64,000 bases of DNA from Akkermansiaceae bacterium (GCA_051251915.1 JBPOGF010000017.1:39863-103862); one strand, 5' to 3'. Numbered from the stretch's first letter, positions 40,729-51,103 are shown. The notes: generated by a model from the letters alone, not told the origin. Numbers and translations are program-made.

Positions 40729-41367
40729 ATGAATAATACAGATGTAATAGACAGATTGAAATGGCGCTATGCGACGAAAGCATTTGATGAAGAAAAGAAG
40801 ATTTCCTCTGAGCTTTGGGAGAAAGTAGAAGAGTCAATGACCCTGACCCCTTCTTCCTTTGGTTTACAGCCATGGAGATTTCTCGTGATCACGGATCAAG
40901 CTGTGAAGGATAGTTTGTTAGAGCATTCTTGGAATCAAGGACAAGTTACAAACTGTTCGCATTTGGTGGTGTTGACCGCCATGAAGGATATTGGTGAAGA
41001 TGATGTGATTCAGTTTATCGCAGACACTCATGCCAAACGCGGAGGAGAACTCATTGCGCTGGATCCATACAAGGGAATGATGATCGGATTTCTTTCGCGT
41101 ATGAGCGCAGAGCAGAAGCTCGCATGGGCAAGGAACCAGGTGTATATTGCGCTTGGGCAATTAATGACTACGGCTGCGATGTTGGAGATCGATGCTTGTC
41201 CTATGGAAGGTATCACACCTGCGAAGTATGATGAAATTTTAGGCCTAGAGGGCGGGAGATACACCACTGTCTTAGCATGTCCAATGGGCTACCGTAGTGA
41301 TGAAGATAAATATGGAACGCTAACCAAAGTGAGATATGCAAAGGAAGATATTATCGAGCACATTTAA
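40729..41367 (+). CDS. Nitroreductase-family NAD(P)H oxidoreductase
   Basis: WRYATKAFD, PSSFGLQPW, DACPMEG. Confidence 0.92.
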   Translation: MNNTDVIDRLKWRYATKAFDEEKKISSELWEKVEESMTLTPSSFGLQPWRFLVITDQAVKDSLLEHSWNQGQVTNCSHLVVLTAMKDIGEDDVIQFIADTHAKRGGELIALDPYKGMMIGFLSRMSAEQKLAWARNQVYIALGQLMTTAAMLEIDACPMEGITPAKYDEILGLEGGRYTTVLACPMGYRSDEDKYGTLTKVRYAKEDIIEHI

Positions 41368-41860
41368 AGGGCTAGCCGCGGTATTTATAATAGGAGTGAG
41401 TTCATGTGCCGCGCCATCTGGGTATGATGGATACATGACACGTTCCTACACCATCAGAGGTGAGCATTATCAACCTATGAGCGTAGATGAGGCACTCTAT
41501 TATGATGAAGTTGGTATCGCTTCTTGGTACAATGAATCGAAATTTTTCGGACTGAAGCGGGGTAATACTTCACTCGGCGAAAAGGTGATGCCATGGCATG
41601 TGATAGCAGCTCATAAAACCTTACCTCTACCCTGTAGAGTGAAGGTGACCAATCTCGAAAATGGTAAGACTCTTAAACTTAGAGTGAACGATAGGGGGCC
41701 ATTTATCCCAGGAAGAATCATTGACCTAAGTCCACGTGGAGCATCGAAATTAGGCTTTAAAGAAGACGGTCTTACTCAATGCCGAGTGGAAGTGCTGAGT
41801 GTGGGTGATGGCAAATATAAGCGCTCAGTTAAGCGCAAGTGGTTCTTCGGTTTATTCTAG
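41336..41860 (+). CDS. rlpA: RlpA septal lytic transglycosylase family lipoprotein
   Basis: Lipobox VSSC; GIASWY, AAHKTLPLP, VNDRGPF, RIIDLS. Confidence 0.9.
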   Translation: MQRKILSSTFKGLAAVFIIGVSSCAAPSGYDGYMTRSYTIRGEHYQPMSVDEALYYDEVGIASWYNESKFFGLKRGNTSLGEKVMPWHVIAAHKTLPLPCRVKVTNLENGKTLKLRVNDRGPFIPGRIIDLSPRGASKLGFKEDGLTQCRVEVLSVGDGKYKRSVKRKWFFGLF

Positions 41861-41871
41861 CTTGAGCAAGT

Positions 41872-42996
41872 TTAGTCTGGGATGTCCCAGCCTTTTCCAA
41901 AACTGAAATTAAACTGGAGCCAGAGACTGTGGCTGTGGTCATTATCCTGACTATTGTCCTGCTCATCGTAGTTGTATTGAAGTCGGATTTTGGCATCTTC
42001 ATCCTCTAGGATGCGGAATGATTTAGTAAGAGCTGTGCTGAGTCTGAGTCTCTCATCTTCCTCGTAGGAGCTGGAGGACCTTACACCTTCTACCCATTCT
42101 GCTCTGCAGGAAAGTTTCCAGCTCTGTGCGAAATGATAGATGCTGGATGCTATGATGGCGAGTTGTTCGTCATCGCCTCTAGTAGCTCCGTCTTGCCACT
42201 CGATGTTTCGCTGCATGATTTGGAATGATGTGTCCACATTAGCATTCCAGAATTCACTGCCAGCATCACTCCAGCTATAGGTGTAATCCATGCCGATGAC
42301 TCGGCTTTTCCTGCCAAAGCCATTGGTTCCTTGAGCAGCTGTGAGTCCGATGAAATGTTGATTAAAATCGTTCACATAATGGTGAACGGTAGCCCGCGCA
42401 GAGGTGACAGTATCGATAAACTCTGCACCTTCTCCAGGCTCAATGACATCACCATGGGCAAAGGTCAGGCCTACAACTCCGTAGTTCTCATAAATGTAAT
42501 ACCAGCTGAGCTCACCACCATCAGTGAGAACTCCTTCCTCTCCTAGAAATAGTGCGGTGCTGAGGTCTGAGTTGGAGAAATCCCAATCATGCACATGGAG
42601 GTTTCCTTGGAGTCCTAGATCATGAATGAATCTACCAGATTTAGCTTCAAAACCATAGGGGAGTCGGTGAAGTTTGATGTAGGCTTCCTCTAGTTCTCCA
42701 AAAAACTTACCTCTATCTTCCGACAAAGTGTAAGTAGAATAGAGTTGAGTGTGAGTGGATAAATTTGAAAATAAACTAAATTCTAAAGCTTGGAGGTCTA
42801 GCTCTTCTGCTGGGTCATGGTGGTGTAGCGCATGATTAAAATTTCTATCAGAACTAGCACCAATAATGCTAGTTGTATGAAGGTTCAACCTCAGTAAATC
42901 ATTTCCTGAGCCGTTATGAATGCACGAACTTCCCTGAGCATACGCCTGTGAAAATGGCAATAGAAACCCTACTGCCACAGGTAGTAATTTCATCAT
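41872..42996 (-). CDS. Outer-membrane beta-barrel protein with His-rich N-terminus
   Basis: Signal peptide; HALHHHDP, ELEEAY, H.HDWDF, terminal LWLQFNFSFG. Confidence 0.6.
   Translation of the reverse strand: MMKLLPVAVGFLLPFSQAYAQGSSCIHNGSGNDLLRLNLHTTSIIGASSDRNFNHALHHHDPAEELDLQALEFSLFSNLSTHTQLYSTYTLSEDRGKFFGELEEAYIKLHRLPYGFEAKSGRFIHDLGLQGNLHVHDWDFSNSDLSTALFLGEEGVLTDGGELSWYYIYENYGVVGLTFAHGDVIEPGEGAEFIDTVTSARATVHHYVNDFNQHFIGLTAAQGTNGFGRKSRVIGMDYTYSWSDAGSEFWNANVDTSFQIMQRNIEWQDGATRGDDEQLAIIASSIYHFAQSWKLSCRAEWVEGVRSSSSYEEDERLRLSTALTKSFRILEDEDAKIRLQYNYDEQDNSQDNDHSHSLWLQFNFSFGKGWDIPD
42701..42713 (+). repeat. Dispersed 13-mer AAAAACTTACCTC (copy in CDS)
   Basis: Exact match; encodes RGKFF on minus strand. 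Confidence 0.8.
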
Positions 42997-44249
42997 CGAT
43001 CTAGTATTTCCGACTTAGAGATACCACGCAGTTCGCAAACTCTCAGAATAGTGTTTTCAATAAGATTGTTAGGGCATGATGCGCCAGCGGTAATTCCGAC
43101 CACGACGTGTTGGTCTTGATCTAACAGGTTTTTGTATTGAGAAGTGATCTCTGTTTTCTGCTCAAGATCAAAGTGAACAATCTGTTCTAGTGACTCAATG
43201 CAGCCCGCATCTCTAATGAAGAACGTTGGCAGCTCTTCTTGGCCAATCTCTACTAAGTGGGTGGTGTTTGAGCTATTGTATCCGCCCACTACGAGCAACA
43301 TATCCATTGGCTCTTTGAGCATTTCAAAGAGTGCGTCTTGTCGTTCTTGCGTAGCTCCGCAAATGGTATCAAATACCTGGCAGTTTGTTGCATCTCCATC
43401 GCGCTCCTTGACAGCCGTCATGATGCGACGCTGAATCTCTTCTGTCTCGCTTTTCAACATAGTGGTCTGATTCGCCACGCCCACTTGCTTGAGGTGTGTT
43501 GTAGGATCAAATCCTGGCGAAACATTATATTTACCGAACCTACTCATGAAAGTTTCATCAGAAATATTACCCTTAATATAATCGCATACAAAATCAGTGT
43601 CATCGAGTGTAAGGATGATCAGGTAGTTGCCATTTTTCTCTTTGCCTAAAGCGTGTGACGCTGTGGCACGAGTTTCCTCATGACCTGCTTTTCCGTGAAT
43701 GATAGAGGTGTATCCCTCCTTGGCGTAGGTTCTTACTCGTCGCCAGACTTTCATCACATCACCGCAGGTTGTATCAACGATAGATGCACCCCGCTCCTCA
43801 ATTTTCTCTACAAATGAAGTTGGTGCGCCGAATGCGGGCACGATAACTACATCATTTTCGTTGAGTGTATCATACTGCTCGTTCATCTGCTCCCACGGCA
43901 GCGAAACGATGTCCATGTCTTTGAGCTGACGGTTCACTTCCGGATTGTGAATGATCTCACCGATTAAGTATATAGGGTTGGTTTCAAACACTTTTCGAGA
44001 GGCGTAGGCTAGGTCGATGGCTCTCTCTACACCGTAGCAAAAGCCAAATTGCTGCGCTAACTTGATAGTGGTATTATTGAGTGTCACTTCGCCGCCGTGC
44101 TCTCTGAGCTTTTCGACTACGGATGATTTATAGTGATTACTCACCTCGGCTTCCACTTTAGCCATCACGTCTGGCTTCCTCACATTGATGCGTTTCCGCT
44201 TCTTAGGGGGTGATTGATTTGCTGGCTTTTCTGATGATGTATCGCTCAT
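42993..44249 (-). CDS. ispH: HMBPP reductase, long form
   Basis: FGFCYGVERA, IIHNPEV, DTTCGDV, QTTM, DTICGATQERQ, GGYNSSNT, TAGASCP. Confidence 0.95.
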   Translation of the reverse strand: MSDTSSEKPANQSPPKKRKRINVRKPDVMAKVEAEVSNHYKSSVVEKLREHGGEVTLNNTTIKLAQQFGFCYGVERAIDLAYASRKVFETNPIYLIGEIIHNPEVNRQLKDMDIVSLPWEQMNEQYDTLNENDVVIVPAFGAPTSFVEKIEERGASIVDTTCGDVMKVWRRVRTYAKEGYTSIIHGKAGHEETRATASHALGKEKNGNYLIILTLDDTDFVCDYIKGNISDETFMSRFGKYNVSPGFDPTTHLKQVGVANQTTMLKSETEEIQRRIMTAVKERDGDATNCQVFDTICGATQERQDALFEMLKEPMDMLLVVGGYNSSNTTHLVEIGQEELPTFFIRDAGCIESLEQIVHFDLEQKTEITSQYKNLLDQDQHVVVGITAGASCPNNLIENTILRVCELRGISKSEILDR

Positions 44250-44372
44250 AAATGATGTTTATTTATAGACCAAAGCGGATCATTTGCACGCGTTTTTTAT
44301 TTTTGGAGACTATTCTCTTTACCTAAGTGATTCTTGTAGAATAAACTGCCTATTAACTCCTAAAAAACGACC

Positions 44373-45359
44373 ATGCCAGAAACAAATAGTAAAGCAGCCA
44401 TCGAGATACTCCTACAGACGCTAGAACAAAATCCACAGCTTTGGGAGACGAGAAAGAAAACGGCAGAAATTCTATATGAGGAGGAAAAATATGTGGAAGC
44501 TGCTGACATACTCTGGAATGCTCCAGAAATACCTTCTACCGACTTGGATGTTGCATTTGCTATCAAAATAATCTCTCGCGCTAAGCCGAATAGAGTCATT
44601 AGAATGGTCTACGAGATAGTAAGAAGAAACCACGAGAAACCCGAAAAAAATATTGCAGTAGCTAAGGCGCTCAATGACATAGGAATGTATATGCAAGCCT
44701 CGCGTTTTTATGGAGCAGCACTTGCATGTGATTCGTCATTATTTGATTTAGGTTTTGAGCGTCAGTTGCTCTGGATGGATGATTCCAGAAGACTGATCAA
44801 GGAGTGGCAAAATAGTGATCAAGAATTCACACCGCCTCTTGATGTGCCTAATCAAGACGTTCCGGGAGGAGCTCTATCACCATCAGAGATGCCTAAGGAT
44901 ACTGCCAAGCTCGCCCAACAAGACCATGAAAATGCGATTCTATCTGCTGAACAACCTGATGTGGTAGATATTACTCAGCAACCTGAGCCAGTTGAGTTGA
45001 ATCCCACACCAATGCCAGCAAGACGGATTCTTGCTCCTGCTGCTATGAAGCCGACCGCTGAAGAACTTGCCGCAGCCCTAACACCTAAACCGATGCAACC
45101 CACTGCGCTAAACGGCGTGAAGCCATCCGCAGAAAGTCCGCGATCTGCAATAGTCATCCCAACTCAACCTTTAGAAGAATCATCAGCTCCGACCCCAAAT
45201 CCCGATTTATGTCAGGCTGCCGCTCCAGAAGAGCCGAAAAAGCAAGCAGTCTCTTCACCGAAGCTTATTACCAGTGCTCCAGCTCCGTCAACTTCTCTTG
45301 CCCCTACTACAGGCAAGTTACTGACGCCTCCCGTAATAAGTAAGCCGCCAGAGAACTAG
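44373..45359 (+). CDS. Hypothetical protein with helical (TPR-like) N-terminus and Pro-rich tail
   Basis: 328-aa ORF; low-complexity P/A/S-rich C-terminal half. Confidence 0.7.
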   Translation: MPETNSKAAIEILLQTLEQNPQLWETRKKTAEILYEEEKYVEAADILWNAPEIPSTDLDVAFAIKIISRAKPNRVIRMVYEIVRRNHEKPEKNIAVAKALNDIGMYMQASRFYGAALACDSSLFDLGFERQLLWMDDSRRLIKEWQNSDQEFTPPLDVPNQDVPGGALSPSEMPKDTAKLAQQDHENAILSAEQPDVVDITQQPEPVELNPTPMPARRILAPAAMKPTAEELAAALTPKPMQPTALNGVKPSAESPRSAIVIPTQPLEESSAPTPNPDLCQAAAPEEPKKQAVSSPKLITSAPAPSTSLAPTTGKLLTPPVISKPPEN

Positions 45360-45427
45360 AAGAATGGTGCTTTCCCAGATTCTCCTTTGCGCGAGTCATC
45401 CAGCATGTTACCTAATATTAATATAAT

Positions 45428-46285
45428 ATGTGCATACCTAGATTAACATCGCTTGTTTTAAGCCTCATCTCACTGTGTCTGTTCTCCAGCTGCGGTTCAC
45501 AATATGGTAAAGTCAGTTACAAAAAGTCGCCAACGATTATTAATGTATCTTCCTATGATCCAAAGGAAACCCAACGAAGCGGCAATAGCTATTCGCCCCT
45601 AGATCAATCTAGTCTGAGACGAAATGGCGGCCTAGGGCAAATAGCACGATGTTCTAAGGGATACACTTATGACTCTAAATGCAGCGATTTTCTAGTAGGA
45701 GCGGAAAGGCAGGGGATGCTACTTGGAGCCTATCATTATGTAACACCTAACTCTAGTGCTACGGCTCAGGCAGATCGTTTTGTAGCACGACTTAGGTCTA
45801 TCAAGCGCACACGTAGCCTCCGCACCAGTAGCATTATGCTAGTGGGCGACATAGATAGTAAATGCACTGTTCCTCAAATGATAGCTTTCATTAAACGCAT
45901 CAAATCTCTAACAGGAACCTACCCTATGATCTATATCGAGAACGGAGAACTCATCCGATCCCGCTTGAGAAACGCTTCATTCTTCGAGAAGCGCATCCTC
46001 AAGAAATGCCCATACTGGTTAGCTCTATACAGTCCAAACTACCCAAGTATTTCAACTCCTAAGAAACTTATCCAAGCCACCGATGTATGGAAAACTTGGT
46101 CACTCTGGCAATATGGCGGCGTGGAGTGGGAGGGGGGAAGATCTCGACCTAAGCACTATGTGAAGGGCAGCTGGAAGACGCCAAGATATCTCGGCGACCT
46201 AGCCAAGCCACTTGAGCGCAACGGCTTCAACGGATCTCAAAAAGAACTCTATAAATTTTGGGCCAAACACAGCTGGCGTTGGTAG
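45428..46285 (+). CDS. GH25 lysozyme-like lipoprotein
   Basis: Lipobox FSSC; GAYHY, QADRF, YWLALY, LWQY; first acidic motif reads INVSSY instead of IDVS. Confidence 0.7.
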   Translation: MCIPRLTSLVLSLISLCLFSSCGSQYGKVSYKKSPTIINVSSYDPKETQRSGNSYSPLDQSSLRRNGGLGQIARCSKGYTYDSKCSDFLVGAERQGMLLGAYHYVTPNSSATAQADRFVARLRSIKRTRSLRTSSIMLVGDIDSKCTVPQMIAFIKRIKSLTGTYPMIYIENGELIRSRLRNASFFEKRILKKCPYWLALYSPNYPSISTPKKLIQATDVWKTWSLWQYGGVEWEGGRSRPKHYVKGSWKTPRYLGDLAKPLERNGFNGSQKELYKFWAKHSWRW

Positions 46286-46291
46286 AAAAAC

Positions 46292-47173
46292 TTACCCTCG
46301 TGAAATATCTAAAAGTCTTTGTTTTACGCTAGCCACATCCTCATCGGGTGTGGAAGTTCCGGCGGTTAAGCCCACCTTGCTCACACCTACAAACCACTCG
46401 GTACAGATATCATCAGGTGACTGAACATGATGTGCTACACAGCCTAGTAATCTGCATTTTTCAGCGAGTTGAGCAGTGTTGTTAGAATTAGCTCCTCCCA
46501 CAACTACCACCAAGCTTACTCTTGAGCACAACTCTAGCAATGCTACTTGCCGCTCCTTCGTAGGCCTGCACACCGTGTCTATAAATTTCACTTCAGCATG
46601 AGAGAACCGTTGTCTTAAAGCGACCAGAATAGTATCCACATGATCGATTTGTTGTGTCGTCTGTGAGATCACACCTATTTTATCCTGCACAATATTTAGG
46701 CCGCGCACATCTTCAATATTTAGCACCGCCTGAGCCTCTGGAAAATCACCCATCAGCCCACGAACTTCCACATGCCCAGGTTTCCCTATGACTACGGGAG
46801 CATAGCCCTCAGTCACTAGGCTACGTAGAGCTGCATGCGCTTTATGCACCAGTGGGCACGTCGTATCCGTCACCCTATGGCCTAGTTTTGACCAGCGTCG
46901 CCGTTCTTTGTCAGATGCTCCATGAGCCGTGATGACCACATGTTTTGTGCTAGCATCAGCTCCTTCTAGTTCACCGTGTTTAGCTCCCTCTCGTTCTAGA
47001 TTACTCTTCACCGTGGCATTGTGTGCTAACTCCCCGAGTATGGTCACAGGTGATCTTGTGGCTAATTTCTGAGCTGCTGCAATAGCCGCCTTTACACCAA
47101 AACACATCCCAAAATGAGATGCTACCACTACGTCAAATTTTATATCGTTGCATATTTTCATCATTAACAGCAT
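46292..47173 (-). CDS. ispH: HMBPP reductase, short form (second paralog)
   Basis: GMCFGV, ELAHN, DTTCPLVHK, HVEVRG, SQTT, DTVCRPTKERQ, NSNNT, TAGTSTP. Confidence 0.93.
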   Translation of the reverse strand: MLLMMKICNDIKFDVVVASHFGMCFGVKAAIAAAQKLATRSPVTILGELAHNATVKSNLEREGAKHGELEGADASTKHVVITAHGASDKERRRWSKLGHRVTDTTCPLVHKAHAALRSLVTEGYAPVVIGKPGHVEVRGLMGDFPEAQAVLNIEDVRGLNIVQDKIGVISQTTQQIDHVDTILVALRQRFSHAEVKFIDTVCRPTKERQVALLELCSRVSLVVVVGGANSNNTAQLAEKCRLLGCVAHHVQSPDDICTEWFVGVSKVGLTAGTSTPDEDVASVKQRLLDISRG

Positions 47174-47223
47174 GACACCCCTTTGTGAAGTCTTGATGAA
47201 TCTGCCGTGAAATTATGATGACA

Positions 47224-47236
47224 AAAAACTTACCTC
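47224..47236 (+). repeat. Dispersed 13-mer AAAAACTTACCTC (intergenic, upstream of short ispH)
   Basis: Exact match. Confidence 0.8.
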
Positions 47237-47244
47237 AAGTCCCG

Positions 47245-48204
47245 TCAGAGATCCTTATTTTTTGCCTTCTCATACTGCTCGGCTAAAGAAATATGAGTGT
47301 TCGAAAACTCGATAGGACTACTCACATTTGCACCATAATCTGCCCCAAGCCTTACTGGAAGATTGCCTTTAGGTAACACATACTTACGCCACTTTCTAGA
47401 CCATAAATAGTACCACCCGCCAGCTGCGATGGTCCATAATGCGAACACGATAGTCATGGTATGGTCAGTTAGCATCACTAGCCATTGATCCCAAGAACCA
47501 CTATTTGCCTTGTCATTTCCATCACCTTTTATATCCGTTGGTTCAGCGAGAACAGGAGCGATCAGCTCTTGTTCCAACCAAAATGACCGCTTAGAAAATT
47601 CGGTCACGAAGGTTTCTATCTCGGCAAAATCAGCTACCTGCACACTCGCGTCTCGCGCGCTTTTCAGGAAAAGCTCATCAACCTCCCAGTTCTCGACAAA
47701 ACCCTGATCTTCTACCAGAACGTAACCCTTCACCCCACGCGCATATCCATAATAATAAAAGATAACCAATGCGTTCTTACCTTTGAACATCTTGAGAATC
47801 GCCTCCCTCATATCTCCCTCAGTCAGTGAAATATTTTGACCGTGTGCCAACACATTCACATACAATGGCATCGCAGATTTCATGTCATGAGCCGCCACTA
47901 AACCTTCTATCCTCATACGCTGCTCTTCATCTAATAGTGACTGTGGATCATTCACTCCACTTGCGGGAAACAAACCAAAATATTGATCTAATAGCTCTCC
48001 ATCAACAACGCGGAAATTACGTTCCACATTCTCATACACATGTGCGCCACCCCAATACCAATCAGGGAAATCTAGCTCAGCTAAAATCTCCTCAGTCATT
48101 AGCAAGCCCTTCGCTCCATAGAGTTCCAGAGTTCGGTTACTTTGCGAACTAGCTAGCCCTGCAAGACCCAGCCACCATACACTAGCTAAAATCAACCATC
48201 TCAT
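47245..48204 (-). CDS. Hypothetical exported/membrane protein (TPM-like)
   Basis: Signal peptide, VNDPQSLL motif, C-terminal TM; ATGA overlap with upstream gene. Confidence 0.6.
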   Translation of the reverse strand: MRWLILASVWWLGLAGLASSQSNRTLELYGAKGLLMTEEILAELDFPDWYWGGAHVYENVERNFRVVDGELLDQYFGLFPASGVNDPQSLLDEEQRMRIEGLVAAHDMKSAMPLYVNVLAHGQNISLTEGDMREAILKMFKGKNALVIFYYYGYARGVKGYVLVEDQGFVENWEVDELFLKSARDASVQVADFAEIETFVTEFSKRSFWLEQELIAPVLAEPTDIKGDGNDKANSGSWDQWLVMLTDHTMTIVFALWTIAAGGWYYLWSRKWRKYVLPKGNLPVRLGADYGANVSSPIEFSNTHISLAEQYEKAKNKDL

Positions 48205-48767
48205 CGCTTTGCTCCCTTTCTAGATCTAGTCACCGCCTTCTTCAGCAGTCCTTTTAGCGAAATTAAGATCTGCTCACAACCTAGCACAATGGAGCCCTCT
48301 AAAAGACTTGCATGACCCGCGCTCAGTACATCAAAGTTTTCCCTCTCTCGGATGCAGCCATCAAAGTAATACCCGTAGCTAAGTCCTACGCGTTTGCCCT
48401 CCACATCTACTACCAAGATCACGCGTCCACGGCCATCTTCTAGCTCGGACTGCCAAATTCTACCTCGGTGAAACTCCCCATGATTCATAAGCCAAAACCC
48501 ATAACTCTCAACAGTCTGCCCATCTCGTAATGCTACAAATGAAACAGCCACACTTAATCCTACAAATTGCTTTTCGCACACTTTCACTGCTGCGCGTAAT
48601 TGCTTCCTAGTTTCAGTCCTCAGCACCCCTGCCACATCATGGACCCCATCATTCACAGCCAGATCAATGCCGTGATAGAGAGGATGGAGTCGCTCCAGAG
48701 TCATCCCGCAGTGAGGACATTCCTCAGCATGATCATGGATTTTCTGTAGGCATTCAGGACACTTCAT
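48201..48767 (-). CDS. Zinc-ribbon plus TPM-like domain protein
   Basis: MKCPEC...CPHCG, HDVAGVL, GLSYGY; start reset to ATG 48767. Confidence 0.65.
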   Translation of the reverse strand: MKCPECLQKIHDHAEECPHCGMTLERLHPLYHGIDLAVNDGVHDVAGVLRTETRKQLRAAVKVCEKQFVGLSVAVSFVALRDGQTVESYGFWLMNHGEFHRGRIWQSELEDGRGRVILVVDVEGKRVGLSYGYYFDGCIRERENFDVLSAGHASLLEGSIVLGCEQILISLKGLLKKAVTRSRKGAKR

Positions 48768-48853
48768 TTCTACTTCACCAAACCATAAAACGTAGCTGCA
48801 CACAACTGTAGAACACACTAGACACAGACAAAAAATGAGGTCATAGTAAAAAC

Positions 48854-49297
48854 ATGTCACAAGATTCGACTGACTATTCCCAAAACTACGCCATCGCTAG
48901 GATTGATCTCCCTGATCAGCGCACCCATGGCTGGCAAGTCAGGCTACAACGACGAGGCATAAAATACGCTAAATTTTTCTCAGACAGCTCCTATGGTAGC
49001 CCTAATGCATCTCTATCTAGAGCCCGCAGATGGCGAGATCAGCTCATCAGCGAGCTAGCATCACAGGCTCAAAATCAAGCTCGTATTTGCACGCGTTCTA
49101 CTCGTAATAGCTCCGGCGTGGTCGGTGTCTCTAAGATCTCAGTCACCGCCGCAAACGGCGCTACCTACCACTTTTGGCAAGCCACTTGGTCACCAGAGCC
49201 AGGGAAACGCTGTTGCGTGAAATTCTCCATCAAGCGCTACGGCGACAGCGAAGCATTTGAACTCGCAGTCCAAGCCAGAACAGAGGCTACGAACTAA
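48854..49297 (+). CDS. AP2 domain DNA-binding protein
   Basis: GWQVRL...KFFSD..YG and RNSSGVVGV...WQATW...KFSIKRYG...A. Confidence 0.75.
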   Translation: MSQDSTDYSQNYAIARIDLPDQRTHGWQVRLQRRGIKYAKFFSDSSYGSPNASLSRARRWRDQLISELASQAQNQARICTRSTRNSSGVVGVSKISVTAANGATYHFWQATWSPEPGKRCCVKFSIKRYGDSEAFELAVQARTEATN

Positions 49298-49348
49298 TAA
49301 AAACCTTGAAAAACCACCAGCATCCCACACACTCTGTATCACGAAATC

Positions 49349-50056
49349 ATGAAATCAATACTTGCTCTTCTCCTCCTCACTCTCACCCTGAGTCTAAGCT
49401 TAGCTCCTCAGCAGGCTACCGCATCTGATCACGTTATTCTGGCCGGCGGACCAGCACTCAGAAAATGGGAAAATTTACGTGTGGAAAGAGACCGTCATGA
49501 TAAATGGTGGGCTAACTTCATCCGTGCCTCCACCATGCGCATGGACAACATCCGCGCCGCCTACGGACCCTCATCGAACCTCATCTGGATGGTTCACAAG
49601 CAAGGCTATACTGCACGCGCCCGTGAAGACGGCAAGCCCTACACCACATGGATCACAGAGCAAGCCGCCAAGCGTGGAGCCAAGCTTATCTGGGTAGATA
49701 GCGGAGATGCTGTTATTCGAGTGCTAAACTCCCGCCCTACGGGATCTATCACCACTTTTGACTTCTTCGGCCATTCTAACAAACACTGCTTCCTACTTGA
49801 TTACTCATCTGAAATCATCGGAGCCTGCACCGCATGGCTGCACGAGAAAGATCTCCACAAAATCAGAGGATCAGTCTTCGCTTCCAAAGCAATCTGCAAG
49901 TCATGGGGCTGCCACACTGGCGAATCCATGAACTCCTATTGGAAAACAGCCACTGGCAAAGAAATCATCGGAGCACACGGCAAGACAGACTACGCAGCTC
50001 TTTCATTTGGAAACATGCCCGCCATCAACGGTAGCTGGGTCCTGCGCGCACGATAG
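49349..50056 (+). CDS. Secreted hypothetical protein
   Basis: Signal peptide; FFGHSN and SWGCHTG motifs. Confidence 0.7.
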   Translation: MKSILALLLLTLTLSLSLAPQQATASDHVILAGGPALRKWENLRVERDRHDKWWANFIRASTMRMDNIRAAYGPSSNLIWMVHKQGYTARAREDGKPYTTWITEQAAKRGAKLIWVDSGDAVIRVLNSRPTGSITTFDFFGHSNKHCFLLDYSSEIIGACTAWLHEKDLHKIRGSVFASKAICKSWGCHTGESMNSYWKTATGKEIIGAHGKTDYAALSFGNMPAINGSWVLRAR

Positions 50057-50101
50057 TAAAATTCACATCTACTTTTAACCTAATCCTTACATCTTTTAAT
50101 T

Positions 50102-51103
50102 ATGAAATACGAGCAACTCAAAGAACTCTTCGACCTTCCACTTTTCGACCTCATCAAGAAATCCCGTGAAGTCCATGACGCCAACTGGAGCGACAACGAG
50201 ATCCAACTCTGCACCCTACTTTCCATTAAGACAGGTGGCTGTTCAGAAGATTGTTCATACTGCGCCCAGTCATCACGTCACAACTCTGGTATCCAAGTTG
50301 AGCGGCTCATGGAAAAAGAAGAAATTCTCAAGCGCGCACAGATCGCAAAAGACACCGGTTCCACGCGTTTTTGCATGGGGGCCGCTTGGCGTGGAGTCCG
50401 TAGCGGAACTAAAAGATTTGACCAAGTAGTAGACACCATTAAAGACGTTTCCAAGCTTGGCATGGAAGTCTGCGTCACTCTCGGTGAGCTGGGCCCAGAA
50501 GAAGCAGTCATTCTCAAAGAAGCTGGAGTCACTGCCTACAACCATAACCTAGACACCTCACGCGAGCATTACCCAAACATCGTCACTACTCACACTTATG
50601 ATGACAGACTCAACACCATCCGTAACGCCCAAGACGCCGGCATGTCCATCTGCTGTGGTGGCATCCTCGGACTAGGCGAGACAAATGACGACAGACTCAA
50701 ACTCATCGAAGTCATCTCCGAGTTCAACCCGCAACCAGAATCTGTCCCTATCAACTCCCTCATGCCAATGCCGGGAACTCCACTTGAAGGCTCTGACCCA
50801 GTCACTGTTTTTGATGTGGTGAGAATGATAGCCATCGCGCGTATCGCAGTGCCAAAGGCAAAAGTCCGCCTCTCCGCAGGCCGCACCCAGATCTCAGCAG
50901 AAGGTCAAGCCTTCTGTTTCTATGCTGGCGCAAACTCCATTTTCTACGGAGATAAGCTACTTACTGCTTCTAATCCAAGTGTCCAAAAAGATTTAAATCT
51001 TATTAAGCAACTAGGACTCTCAGCCAAGCAGCCAAACCCAAACATGGAAGCGCCGGTTACAGAGTGCGATAAAGATCTCTCCCCATGCTGCGCTGCAGAG
51101 TAA
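50102..51103 (+). CDS. bioB: Biotin synthase
   Basis: KTGGCSEDCSYCAQS, RFCMGAAW, YNHNLDT, PESVPIN, AGANSIFYG. Confidence 0.98.
   Translation: MKYEQLKELFDLPLFDLIKKSREVHDANWSDNEIQLCTLLSIKTGGCSEDCSYCAQSSRHNSGIQVERLMEKEEILKRAQIAKDTGSTRFCMGAAWRGVRSGTKRFDQVVDTIKDVSKLGMEVCVTLGELGPEEAVILKEAGVTAYNHNLDTSREHYPNIVTTHTYDDRLNTIRNAQDAGMSICCGGILGLGETNDDRLKLIEVISEFNPQPESVPINSLMPMPGTPLEGSDPVTVFDVVRMIAIARIAVPKAKVRLSAGRTQISAEGQAFCFYAGANSIFYGDKLLTASNPSVQKDLNLIKQLGLSAKQPNPNMEAPVTECDKDLSPCCAAE

Noticed and set aside
47224..47236. 13-mer explained as a Shine-Dalgarno or -10 element (GAGG-TAAGTT on minus strand)
   Set aside because: Distances to start codons vary (15, about 50 and 70 nt), there is no consistent -35, and four exact copies are mid-gene.
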